Below, in pieces: positions 20,242-30,100 of a stretch of 64,000 bases of DNA. Location: contig CAVXJS010000011.1 of NCBI GenBank assembly GCA_963762145.1, forward strand, positions 288,001-352,000, given 5' to 3'. The translations under genes and the position numbers were made by a program. Every line of letters begins with the position of its first letter. Within the stretch, counting starts at the first letter, position 1. The notes under the pieces are model-generated. The model did not search any database. It worked only from the letters and a program-made list of their open reading frames with translations, and was not told the DNA's origin. The stretch comes from an uncultured Candidatus Rokubacteria bacterium. Its GTDB lineage: Bacteria; Methylomirabilota; Methylomirabilia; Rokubacteriales; CSP1-6.

Positions 20242-20649
20242 CTAGGCCTGAATCGTGTCCTTGATCGCGACGAGCAACCGGGTCGCGATGTCGCGCTTGG
20301 TGATGAATGAGTCGGCGCCGTTCAGGAACGCCGAGCGGCGCGTGTCATCATCGGTCAGGTTAGTCAAGACCAGAATCCTCGTCTCGGGCCATTCCCTCTT
20401 GATCCGCCGCGTCGCTTCGAGCCCTCCAACGCCGGGCATCATCACGTCCATCACGACGAGGTCTGGCTGTGCCTGGCGGACGAGAATAATCGCTGACTCG
20501 CCATCCTGCGCTTCACCGACCAGAAGCACTGTCGGGTCTTGGCTGAGGATGAAGCCGACCAGCGTACGGACTTCGACGTCGTCATCGGCGACGACGACTC
20601 GAACGGCTCTTGCCGCTTCTCGAAGAGCTGATGATCTCGCGGAACTCAC
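20242..20649 (-). CDS. Stand-alone response regulator receiver (NarL-like REC)
   Basis: VVVADDD, DLVVMDVMMP, GLEATRRIK, GADSFITK; start uncertain (20649 or 20688). Confidence 0.85.
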   Translation of the reverse strand: MSSARSSALREAARAVRVVVADDDVEVRTLVGFILSQDPTVLLVGEAQDGESAIILVRQAQPDLVVMDVMMPGVGGLEATRRIKREWPETRILVLTNLTDDDTRRSAFLNGADSFITKRDIATRLLVAIKDTIQA

Positions 20650-20729
20650 ACGCCGTGCGAGTGCAACACAGGATGACTTGTCTGTCAACGGGCCGACGGC
20701 AACCGAGACTGGTCGAGGTAGCTCATCGG

Positions 20730-20900
20730 AGCGAGAAACATGCTCGCTTCCTTCCCCTCACTTGTGGCGAGATCGGCCTGTAGAGCTCCGTGACCTTGGC
20801 ATGCTGCATGGCGTTGACGAAGCCCGTGATACCCGCGCCGATGGCAATGCCGAGAGTGCGTGCAACCGCGAGCGCCAAAGCTGACCGGTTCCTTCAAACC
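20730..20900 (-). pseudogene. Decayed 5' fragment of a secreted (possibly cupin-like) protein
   Basis: Frameshifted ALALAV..LGIAIGAGITGFVNA..AKVTELY / ADLATSEGKEASMFLA after a GGAGG RBS. Confidence 0.3.
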
Positions 20901-21253
20901 TCCGTGTGCAGTCGGTCCTTTTTGGTCAGAGGCACGCGGACGGTGACCAATCTGCAGATGGACGCAGTCGGTCGTCTCGTGATCCTTCGCTCTGACCGCC
21001 ATAGGGCAGGCATGGAGCAGATTTAGGTGGGCGCCGGTGTAGACGCAAACACTACGTCTTCGGCTCCACGCGCGCTCGTCCACGCGCTGGGCGCAGCATC
21101 TGCACGAGTCCAGAACCCAGGGGAGCGAGTCCGAGCCGGCTCTGACAAATCGAGGCAGTGGGGCCCGCCCGTCGTCAGGACCCCGATGGGGCCGCTCATT
21201 CCAATACTTACGTGAGTCGGCCTTCGTAGCCCTGCTATGGGGCACAGGTCTCG

Positions 21254-21269
21254 TGGCACCTTGGTTGCA
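21254..21269 (+). promoter_or_regulatory. Sigma54 (-24/-12) promoter
   Basis: TGGCAC-CTTGG-TTGCA with the canonical 10-nt GG to GC spacing, 46 nt upstream of ATG 21316. Confidence 0.65.
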
Positions 21270-21315
21270 CTTTGGCACGCGGAGACGGCACGCAGTAACG
21301 ACAAGGGGGCCGCGA

Positions 21316-21711
21316 ATGGATGCCGTGGACGCCCGGCGCATCGTAATCGTGGATGACGATGACTTGGTGCGCGAGGGCATGGAGATGACGCTCGAAGTGG
21401 TCGGGTACCGGATCCGGGCAACCGGCAGCGCTCGGGAGGCCCTCCGGTGGCTTGAGGACGAGCCCTGCGAGCTGCTGATCATCGACGTCAACATGCCGGA
21501 GATGGACGGGCCCGAGTTGCATCGCCGAGTCCGCGCGCGGTGGGCCACCAGCGCGCCACGCGTGGTGTTCGTGTCAGGCCACGACGAGATCCGCGGGGAC
21601 GAGCAGGATCCGGATGTGCTCGCCGCCCCGCGACTGGTCAAGCCATTTTCCCTCGGCGCGCTGCTCACCGCCGTCAACCGAGCACTCGGGCCGAGCCATG
21701 TCCGGGTTTGA
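21316..21711 (+). CDS. Stand-alone response regulator receiver
   Basis: IVIVDDD, LLIIDVNMPEMDG, FVSG, KPF. Confidence 0.85.
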   Translation: MDAVDARRIVIVDDDDLVREGMEMTLEVVGYRIRATGSAREALRWLEDEPCELLIIDVNMPEMDGPELHRRVRARWATSAPRVVFVSGHDEIRGDEQDPDVLAAPRLVKPFSLGALLTAVNRALGPSHVRV

Positions 21712-22039
21712 TCGATACGCGCAAACAGACAAGCTGCCAGCGGTCCCGCCGCGCACACGCCGGCTTAACCCGCGGGTCCCCGTGTCATGGACCGTCTGGG
21801 CCCGTACCGGCCAGCAGCGGATGCGCTTTCACGCCGTTGACGTCAGTCCACGCGGCGCCAAGCTGCGTCCGAGGGGAGTGTTCCCGGTTGGCGCGGCGAT
21901 TGAGCTCGAATTTATCACGCCGGACGGGCGACGTCTGCCCGTGTCCGCCGTCGTCTGGCGTGCGGACTCGGATGGGCTGGCCGTCCTATTCCTCGGGTCG
22001 GTGCCCGCGGGTTTCGATGCGGGTGGGCATCGGGTCTGA
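21698..22039 (+). CDS. PilZ domain (c-di-GMP binding) protein
   Basis: RRLNPR (RxxxR) and DVSPRG (DxSxxG) motifs. Confidence 0.85.
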   Translation: MSGFDRYAQTDKLPAVPPRTRRLNPRVPVSWTVWARTGQQRMRFHAVDVSPRGAKLRPRGVFPVGAAIELEFITPDGRRLPVSAVVWRADSDGLAVLFLGSVPAGFDAGGHRV

Positions 22040-22077
22040 ACCCAGGACCACGGCGTACGTAGTCTCCGAGGCGAGCC

Positions 22078-22466
22078 ATGGCTGAGACCATTCTGGTCGT
22101 CGATGACGATGATGATGTGCGCGCGGTCGCCCGGCAGGCTTTGGTGACAGCGGGATACACCGTCGTGGAAACTGGCGATCCGCAGCAGGCGATCCGCATG
22201 GCCAAGGCGCAGCGGATAGATTTGCTGCTGACAGATGTGGTTATGCCGATATGAAGGGGACCGAGCTGGCGGATCGGATCCAAGCCGTGAGCAGGTCGAC
22301 GAAGGCGCTGCTGATGTCGGGCTATGTGACCTCGGAGATCGCCTCGTCGCGCCGGCCGTTCCTGGCCAAGCCTTTCAGCATCGACGACCTGGTGCGTCGC
22401 GTGCGCGAGACGCTCGACCGGCCCTCATCCTTCGCCCGGCCGACGAAGCCAAACCCATCTTCGTAG
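22078..22466 (+). CDS. Response regulator receiver, frameshift near 22250
   Basis: [11 protein letters not shown]...[10 protein letters not shown] then MKGTELA...LMSG...KPF in the next frame. Confidence 0.75.
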
Positions 22467-22571
22467 GGGTGCCGCCGGTCGCTAACCTCTTCAGTTTGCG
22501 CCCGCTGTTGTTCCGCGGCCTGGGCGCTTGGTCTGGGGGCAGCCTCTCGAGGGTGGCTCATCCCCTTCGGG

Positions 22572-22605
22572 CGCTACCGGGCGCCTCGCCACGCGCCCGG
22601 TAGCG
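22572..22605. terminator. Perfect 13-bp hairpin between convergent genes
   Basis: CGCTACCGGGCGC-8 nt-GCGCCCGGTAGCG; no U-tract. Confidence 0.4.
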
Positions 22606-22735
22606 TCAGCCTACCGCCGCTCCCCGGTCCGGTCTAGCGGCTCAGCCGGCGTGATCGGCTGCGCGATGCTGGCCCCGCTCCCGCCACGCGGACTGAAGGT
22701 GGGGGCTTCCAGAATCTCCCAGCCGCTAGCCCCAC

Positions 22736-23281
22736 CTACTTCTTTTTGAACGGCTCGAAGCCGAACTTCTGGCCGCCAACACTCGCCTCGAACATGAGGC
22801 CCTCCTCACTGGTAGTGAAGACCGCCACGCCGTTCTGGTATTTGGCGTTCGCCGACGCGCCCTTGGTCACGGCCACCGCGCTTGCCTGAGCCGCCAGCGC
22901 TAACGTCCCGTTCTTGAAGTCCGTGAACGCCGGCGCCGTCTCAAAGAAGATGATTTCCGAGTAAGTCTGGGCACCAAGCTGGGCACCGACCGTCACCTGG
23001 GTGAGCGACGTCTTGCCGATAGCCTTGCCTTTCTCGAAGACAACGCCCGAGCCGGTCGCGCCGCCGATACCGGCCGCTCCTTTTCCAACCGTTGGGAAGA
23101 CCGCGTACCCGACCGACTTTTCGAAGAAGCGGGAGAGGCCTGGGTCCGCCTTCTTGAAGACAGCGACGGTGTCCCGCGCCTCCTTTACATCCTTGGTTAC
23201 ATCCATGGTCTGGGCAGCGGCGGTCTGGATGAGGAGGCCGAAAGCCAGCAGGAGTCCTACGCCGAACGTTTTCGCTACCAT
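22736..23281 (-). CDS. Secreted SYLF/Ysc84 lipid-binding domain protein
   Basis: Signal peptide; GYAVFPTVGKG..GIGG..G.G, VGAQLGAQ, GLMFEASVGGQKF. Confidence 0.85.
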   Translation of the reverse strand: MVAKTFGVGLLLAFGLLIQTAAAQTMDVTKDVKEARDTVAVFKKADPGLSRFFEKSVGYAVFPTVGKGAAGIGGATGSGVVFEKGKAIGKTSLTQVTVGAQLGAQTYSEIIFFETAPAFTDFKNGTLALAAQASAVAVTKGASANAKYQNGVAVFTTSEEGLMFEASVGGQKFGFEPFKKK

Positions 23282-23326
23282 ATGATTCTCCCTTCCGGCC
23301 GGATGCTTGAACTGCTTGGCCGCGAT

Positions 23327-23519
23327 TCAAAATCGATCATACTCCTTAGATCGATCGTAGTCCTTAGGAGGGACGGGGCGGGGCGGCCTGATCGGATGCG
23401 CGATACCGCCGCCGCAGTCGCACACTATCCAGAGATGGTCCCTGTCCACGCCGCCGTCCAGCTCGCCGCAGCGACGGTGCTCCTGCATGAAGGCGTCGAG
23501 GGGCGAGTACTTCGGGCAT
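23327..23519 (-). pseudogene. Small HxxC...CxC peptide gene, frameshifted near its start
   Basis: MPEVLA / LDAFMQEHRRCGELDGGVDRDHLWIVCDCGGGIAH; starts 4 nt after the SBP stop. Confidence 0.45.
23332..23367. repeat. Tandem 18-bp direct repeat upstream of the SYLF gene
   Basis: ATCGATCATACTCCTTAG ATCGATCGTAGTCCTTAG (16/18). Confidence 0.75.
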
Positions 23520-23523
23520 CGTG

Positions 23524-24504
23524 CTACTCGATCACCTGATCCGCCCGCTGCAGGAGCGACGGCGGGATCGTGAGGCCGATGGCCTTCGCGCTCTTCAGAT
23601 TGATCCAGAATTCGAACTTGGCGGGCTGCTCGACAGGAAGATCGGCGGGCTTGGCCCCACGCAGGATCTTGTCGACATAGAACGTGACGCGCCGTATCGC
23701 GTCGTATTCATTCGCACCGTACGCCATGAGACCGCCCGCGGTCTTCACCCACCAGGCTCCCGATGTGTACATGGCCGGCATCCGCTTTGCCTGGGTCAGG
23801 GCGATAATCCGCCCCCCCCAAATGTTAATGAGGTAGGCATTCGAGACAATCAGGGCCCCACAGCGTTCTCGCACAGCGATCTCGAAGAGAGACTCGATCT
23901 CGTGCGGGCCCACCTCTAAAGATCGCAGTTCTAATCCGAGTGGTTGGGACGCCTGCTGCGTCGCCTGCCAAAGGTCGACGCTCTCCGGACTGCCCCGACT
24001 CCAAAATACCCCTACGCGGACGAGGCCAGGTACGGCGTCCTTGAGCAGTTCGAGCCGCTTACCGGCGAGTTCCGGGTTGCGCAGGGTCAGCCCCGTGACG
24101 TTTCCGCCTGGCCGACCGAGGCTGGATACGACTCCGGCTACGACGGGGTCACCCTCGGCCAACATGACGATGGGAATGGTCTTAGTGACATCCCTGGCCG
24201 CTCGAATCGCTGGCAGCCCCGCCGCCACGATCACGTCCACTCCAGACCGGGCGAGTGCGGTCGCGACCACCGTCAGCTCTTGGTCGGCGCGCGCCACCCC
24301 TCGCTCAATGATCGCGTTCCGCCCTTCGACATAGCCAGCCGAATACAGCGCCCCAACCAGTAGAGAACCGAACTCCGCGATTGGAGGGAATGGGCCCTCC
24401 AGAAGGCCAATCCGATAGCCCTTCCCCGCCGGTTGCGCCTCGGCGGCGAGCGGCGCGGCGAGGAGGCCGCCGGCCAAGGTGCCGATGAACGTCCGCCGGT
24501 CCAT
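23524..24504 (-). CDS. ABC-type substrate-binding protein (ABC_sub_bind family), Tat-like signal
   Basis: MDRRTFIG, GYVEGRN, SLGRPGGNVTG, KRLELLK, KPADLPVEQP, RADQVIE. Confidence 0.9.
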   Translation of the reverse strand: MDRRTFIGTLAGGLLAAPLAAEAQPAGKGYRIGLLEGPFPPIAEFGSLLVGALYSAGYVEGRNAIIERGVARADQELTVVATALARSGVDVIVAAGLPAIRAARDVTKTIPIVMLAEGDPVVAGVVSSLGRPGGNVTGLTLRNPELAGKRLELLKDAVPGLVRVGVFWSRGSPESVDLWQATQQASQPLGLELRSLEVGPHEIESLFEIAVRERCGALIVSNAYLINIWGGRIIALTQAKRMPAMYTSGAWWVKTAGGLMAYGANEYDAIRRVTFYVDKILRGAKPADLPVEQPAKFEFWINLKSAKAIGLTIPPSLLQRADQVIE

Positions 24505-25490
24505 CACTCGATCACCTGGTCCGCCCGCTGCAGGAGCGACGGCGGGATCGTGAGGCCGAGGGCCTTCGCGGTCTTCAGGTTAATCACGAGCTCGAACTTC
24601 GTGGGTCCCTCCATCGGGAGATCGCCTGGTGCGGACCCTTTCAGGATCCTGTCTACGTAATCTGCCGCGCGCCGATACATATCGGCACCGCCGGGTCCAT
24701 AGGCCAGCAGCCCTCCTGCCCGGGCGAACACGGGGGACCCGATCGTCGGCAATCGATGCTTAACGGCGAGGCTGGCGATCTGGCCGCCAAGCGGGTTGAG
24801 CAGTGATGTGTTCGGCACAACGACGGCGTGCGCTCCGTGTCGTCCCAAGTCGTCGAACGCTTGAGTGAGATCGTTCGGCCCGCGCACGAGGACTCGATCG
24901 ATCGAAAGCCCTCGCGGTAAGGCGGCAGCGTCCTCCTGTCGCCGCGACGCTTCAGCAACCTCCGGCTGCTCGATCCCAGGCACGTCGAGCCATCCGAGAC
25001 GAGAAGCAGTCGGCGCCACCTCCTTCACGAGGTCAAACCACTTCACGGTCGCCTCGAACTCCTGGAGTACGAGTCCGGTGACGTTGCCGCCCGGTCGAGC
25101 AAGGCTCGCGACTACGCCGTTCGCCACCGGATCCCCGACCACGGCAATCACGATGGGGATCTCGGCCGTCGCCTGCTTTGCCGCACGCGATCCGGGTGAC
25201 CCATGGGTCACGATGATGTCGACCTTCGCGCCAACGAGCTCCGTGGCCAACGCTGGCAAGCGGTCAAGCTTCCGCTCCGCCCAGCGGTACTCGATGACGA
25301 GATTTCTGCCTTCCTCGTATCCGCGATCCCGAAGACCCTGTTGAAGTGCGGCGGTTTGGCGGGCCAGGTCTGACGCAGAAGTCTGGCCGAGAAACCCCAG
25401 TCTGTAGACCCGGGCCGCGGTCTGTGCCTCGACGGTGAAGGGCACGGCGAGGAGGCCGCCCGCAAGTCCGAGGAATGCCCGGCGGTCCAT
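24504..25490 (-). CDS. ABC-type substrate-binding protein (ABC_sub_bind family), Tat-like signal
   Basis: MDRRAFLG, GYEEGRNLVIEYRWA, SLARPGGNVTG, RADQVIE; stop overlaps the next start (TGATG). Confidence 0.9.
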   Translation of the reverse strand: MDRRAFLGLAGGLLAVPFTVEAQTAARVYRLGFLGQTSASDLARQTAALQQGLRDRGYEEGRNLVIEYRWAERKLDRLPALATELVGAKVDIIVTHGSPGSRAAKQATAEIPIVIAVVGDPVANGVVASLARPGGNVTGLVLQEFEATVKWFDLVKEVAPTASRLGWLDVPGIEQPEVAEASRRQEDAAALPRGLSIDRVLVRGPNDLTQAFDDLGRHGAHAVVVPNTSLLNPLGGQIASLAVKHRLPTIGSPVFARAGGLLAYGPGGADMYRRAADYVDRILKGSAPGDLPMEGPTKFELVINLKTAKALGLTIPPSLLQRADQVIE

Positions 25491-25710
25491 CACTCGATCA
25501 CCTGGTCCGCCCGCTGCAGGAGCGACGGCGGGATCGTCAGGCCGAGGGCCTTCGCGGTCTTGAGGTTGATCACAAGCTCTACCTTCGTCGGCTGCTCGAT
25601 GGGGAGATCGGCAGGCTTGACGCCTTTGGGGATCGTGTCGACCTGGCCCGCCGCGCGGCCAAAGAGATCGGAGATCTTCGGGCGTAGCTCATTAGTCCGC
25701 CGGCCGCGCC
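25490..25710 (-). pseudogene. 3' fragment of an ABC_sub_bind gene
   Basis: AAGGLMSY / ...[42 protein letters not shown]; 5' part missing. Confidence 0.8.
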
Positions 25711-25880
25711 GCGCCGGGTCCCCGTCGCCGGAAGTGGGACCATTGCGGCTATCGCCTTGAGGTCGCTTGCCCAGGCGGCGTCACATTCGAGCGCTGGGTG
25801 ACGCGTGAGGATGCGGCGCTAGAGTTGGCGCTGCGACACATGCGGGCGGATAAGTGAGCTACTGACGTCGGCGCCGCGCT

Positions 25881-26148
25881 TCACCTGATGCCTGCTCCGA
25901 TCTTCTTATCGTAGGTGCACGTCGTGACGGAGGAGCCGAGCGTCCCCTTGTTGCGCACCGACATTTCGTAACGCCCCTCGCCGAGTGACCTGACGTTCTC
26001 GGTCTCTATGGGCTGATCGCCCTTCTTGCGCGCTGCCTCGATGCAGGCGGCACGGGCGGCATCAACGCTGCCGGCACCTAACTGCCCACCGCAACCGCTA
26101 GCAAGAACAAGCGCCACCCCCACCAGTGCCGTTGCTCGCATCCGCATG
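25881..26148 (-). CDS. Small lipoprotein
   Basis: AGGAGG RBS; MRMRATALVGVALVLASGC lipobox; two further Cys. Confidence 0.7.
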
Positions 26149-26459
26149 TGGGCCTCCTGTAGTCTTCGGTTCACCCCGGGTCGAGGCCGGGCGACGCCGC
26201 AGACCGCACCGCATCTAAGCGGAGCATAGGGCGTGCCTTCGGTTGCCGTTGAAGCCCGTCGCGACCGGCCTGGCCGTCGTCAGCGGGCCGGCAGACGCCT
26301 CAGCTGAACACACGGCTGACCTGGCCACCTATCACACTATCTAGCATACCTTGGCCGTCTGGTCCTGGGTCCCTTAGCCCCAATCCCAAAATAACTCTCA
26401 GGCCGCGAGCGCATGTTGAATGCGGGCATAGAGCACCTCGGTCGCCGGGTTCTGGGCGA

Positions 26460-26590
26460 TGTTGCGAGTTGTGGTTGCTGAGCCCCCGGCGGCGAGCGGC
26501 GCGGCGAGGAGGGCGAGCGTTACACCGGAGACGAACGCTCGCCGATCCATCACTCGATGACCTGGTCCGCCCGTAGAAACAGCGACGACC
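26460..26590 (-). pseudogene. Isolated ABC_sub_bind stop/start junction remnant
   Basis: SLFLRADQVIE* overlapping MDRRAFVSGVTLALLAAPLAAGAQQ, with nothing else of either gene. Confidence 0.75.
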
Positions 26591-26603
26591 GCATAGTCCG
26601 GGC

Positions 26604-26984
26604 CTAGCGCCGGCGCCTTCTCTTCGGCTTAGCCTTTGACGCCCGGTTGGTTGCTGGTTTCCGTGCTGCGGGAGGAGCCGCTGCGGATCTCCTCACATCA
26701 ACCACGACATCATGCCACCAGTGCTCAGCTGGTCCGGTCTCTAACCCGTCGAGCCGCCCGCGCGTCGCTGCGAATTGCCGGTCGTGGTGCCAAGCCTCCC
26801 AGTCGGCGCGCGTCTTCCACGTGCCGACGATCACTCGCCTGTCTGGCTTGTCGGATTGCCGGAGGAGCTGTCCTCCCACCCAACCCGGCCGCTTCTTCGC
26901 GGCCGACAGACGAGTGCGCATCGCAGCATCCCACCCAGGTCCAGCCCCTTCTTTCAGGTGTACGTGCGTGACGATAGTCATCAT
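26604..26984 (-). CDS. Antibiotic biosynthesis monooxygenase (ABM) family protein
   Basis: PGWVGGQLL...IVGTWKTRADWEAWHHD dimeric alpha/beta barrel pattern; GAGGAGG RBS. Confidence 0.8.
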   Translation of the reverse strand: MMTIVTHVHLKEGAGPGWDAAMRTRLSAAKKRPGWVGGQLLRQSDKPDRRVIVGTWKTRADWEAWHHDRQFAATRGRLDGLETGPAEHWWHDVVVDVRRSAAAPPAARKPATNRASKAKPKRRRRR

Positions 26985-27030
26985 CGAGTTGGTCCTCCTC
27001 GGCCCTAAATCGAGCGTGATTCTCTTGGTC

Positions 27031-27112
27031 TCACTGGATTACCTCGTCCGCCCGCTGCAGCAGCGACGGCGGAATCGTCAGGTCGAGAGCCTTGGCGGTC
27101 TTGAGGTTGACC
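27031..27112 (-). pseudogene. 3' fragment of an ABC_sub_bind gene
   Basis: [26 protein letters not shown] starting about 10 nt after the cyclase stop. Confidence 0.8.
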
Positions 27113-27122
27113 GGGTGGCATG

Positions 27123-30100
27123 TCATCCGAGTGCGGCGGTCTCCGCCGCCACCTGCTCCAGCCAGTACTTCATATCCATCTCGCGGTACATCGTCGTCGC
27201 GGTGGCGAGGTGCTCACGGGCCTGCTCGCGCTTGCCCGCGCGCCCGTGGAGCTTGCCGAAGCCGAGGTGGCAGTGGGCGACGAGAGGCCGCATGCCAAGG
27301 TCGCCGGCGAGGACGACTGCCTGCCGAAGATAGTCCTCACCCGCTTCCACGTCGAATGGATCCCGGCACGCCGCAAGCTCGCCGAGGACATGGAGGGCCC
27401 TGGCTTCCTGGGCGCGACTCTTCTGCGCGCGCGCAAGGTCGAGCTCTTGCTCGGCGAGACGGCTTGCCTCGTCCAGGTAACCACCGAGCAGATAGCTTTC
27501 AGCCAGAGACCCGCTATTGGAACCGGGTTCGACCCGTGGATCCGCGAGCACGCGGGCGGCATCGGACGAACGCCCGGCGAGTCCGTACGCGGCCGCAAGC
27601 GGTGTCGCACAAACCGACCACATGGTGAAGCCTAGGCTGGTACTCACCTCGCATCCTCGCTCCAACAATGGGATGGCCCGGTCAACGTCCCCTTTGCGCA
27701 CGAGAGCAAATCCGAGCCCTACGAGGGCATTGATCAGGCTGTAGGGGTGGTCGGCAGTCTCGGCGATCTCGACGGCCTCGGTGCCGAAGGCGATCGCGTC
27801 GGTGAACCGGCCGACCTCGGCCAGCGACATGGCAACCCACCGGCGGTTGACGACCGAGACTATGGCCGGGCCGACCTGGCGCCAGCGCAGGGTCTCGTCA
27901 AGCGATTCCGCCTCGATGTTGCCCACGAAGTGGGCGATCGCCTCATCATAGTCACCGAGCGCATTCCGGATCTCGCCGAGGACAAAACCCGCGATTCGCT
28001 GGCGGGTCGGATTCCCGGCGCGCGTGGCAAGCTCAAGGGCGTGCTGTCCCGCCTGAAGGGCTTCTTGGTATTGTCCAGTGGCCCAAGAGCAGTGCGCCAT
28101 GGCGCTGACGACGGCGGATTGCCGGTCCTCGTCGCCGAGGGCCTTCGCAATCGGCTCCGCCTGCCGCAGATGGAATGGCACACTCGCGAAGTCTCCGAGC
28201 GCTACGAGTGAGGATCGGATGTCCAGGCGAAGATCGATGGCCTGAGTCTGGCGTTCGGCCGTGTCCGGCAGCTTTGCCAGTGCCGCCAGGGCGTGTTCGA
28301 ACCACGTCACGGCCTCGCGGTGCGCCCGGCGGGCTGCCGCCTTCAGGCCCGCCTCGCTTGCATACCGCACCGCCTTTCCCCACGCCTCACCCCGGAGCGC
28401 ATGGTGGGCCACTCGCTCCACATGCTCGGCCAGACGATCTCCATAGAGTGCCTCGATGACCTCCACCAGCCGCGCGTGAATCCCCCGCCGGCGCTCGTGT
28501 AGGAGGCCTCCGTAGGCCACCTCGTGGGTCAGCGCGTGCTTGAACGTGTACTCGAGATCCGGAAACAGACACACCTCGTACAGAAACTCTGCCGTCTGCA
28601 GATGAATGAGTCCTCGGCGTACCTCCTCCTCCGCGCGGTCGTCGGTGATCGCCGCTAAGAGAGGGAAGGGCACATCTTTCCCGATCACCGCCGCGGACTG
28701 AAGCAGGTGCTTTTCCTCCGGTGAGAGGCGGTCGATCCGTGCGGCGAGGATCGCCTGGACGGTGGGCGGCACCTGGATGTCGGTGAGCGCCGTAGTCAGC
28801 CGGTAGGTGCCGCGCCCGCCGACGAGCGCGTTGGTCTCGGCCAGGGTCCGAACACTCTCCTCCAGGAAAAACGGATTGCCCTCGGTCCGCGCAATCAGGA
28901 TTGGCTTGAGGGACTCGATCGTAATGTCCACGCCGAGGAGGCTGTGGAGCAACTCCAGCGCGCTCTCCGGAGGAAGCGGATCCAGCCGAACTTGAGTGTA
29001 GGAAGCTTTGCTGCCCCACCGGTGCGCGTACTCTGGCCGGTAGTTGACGAGGAGGAACAGGCGTGCCGGCGGCAGGCTCTCGACGAGGCTGTCGAGCACC
29101 GCCTGGGTCTCGGAGTCGATCCAGTGGAGGTCCTCGAAGACAACCAGGAGCGGCTGCACCTGAGCTTCGCGCAGGAGTAGGCGCTTGACCGCGTCGAGCG
29201 TCCGCTGCCGGCGCTGCGGCGGGTCGAGGGCCTGCCACTGAAGGTCCTCGCCAGCCACCTCCAGCAGGGCCAGGAGTGCTGGGAGCACCACCTCGAGGGC
29301 ACGGTCCAGCGCGAGGACCTTTCCCGTCACCTTCTCGCGAATCTCGCGGGGTGTGTCGCGATCACCGATCCGAAAGTATCCCTTGAGGAGGTCGATCACG
29401 GGCAAGTAGCTCGTGGCTTTGCCGTACGACACCGAGCCGGCCTCGACGACCACCCACCCCTCGACGCGATGCGAGTGGGTCAGCTCGAAGGTCAGGCGCG
29501 ACTTGCCCACGCCGGGTTCCCCCACGACGGCCACGATCTGGCCGCGTCCCGACCCAGCCTGCCCAAGCGCGCGCCGAAGGTGTTCGATCTCGACGTCGCG
29601 GCCCACGAACCGCGACAGCCCCCGCGCGGCGGCCGCCTGGAGCCGTGACCGCGCGGCGCTGATTCCGGCGAGCTCATACACCTCGACGGCGGTGGTGAGG
29701 CCCTTCACGGCCACGAGCCCCAGGGATGTCACTTGCACGAAGCCCTCGGCGAGCGCGAGGGTGTCCGGGGTTAGGAGCGTCGAGCCGGGATCAGCAAGCT
29801 GCTCCATCCGCGCGGCAAGGTGGGTGGTCTGGCCCACCGCAGTGTAGTCCATATGCAGGTCGGAGCCGATGGCGCGAACGACCACCTCGCCCGAATTCAG
29901 GCCCACGCGAATGCGAATTGTGACGCCATACTCCCGCCGCACCCCCTCGGCGTACCGCTTCACCGACTCCTGCATCCGCAGCGCCGCGTAGCAGGCCCGC
30001 ACGGCGTGATCTTCGTGGGCCAGCGGCGCGCCGAACAGCGCCATAATCCCGTCACCCATAACCTGGTTGACGGTCCCCTCGTAGCGATGGACGGCTTCCA

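Noticed and set aside
23521-23919. Repeated plus-strand ORFs [16 protein letters not shown]... (also near 24500, 25475 and 27030)
   Set aside because: Antisense translations of the conserved SBP 3' end, not an independent family.
23524-27112. SBP terminal repeats as a CRISPR array or classical integron attC sites
   Set aside because: The repeats are protein-coding and spaced by 0.5-1 kb, with no cas or intI genes and no attC R/L box structure recognised.
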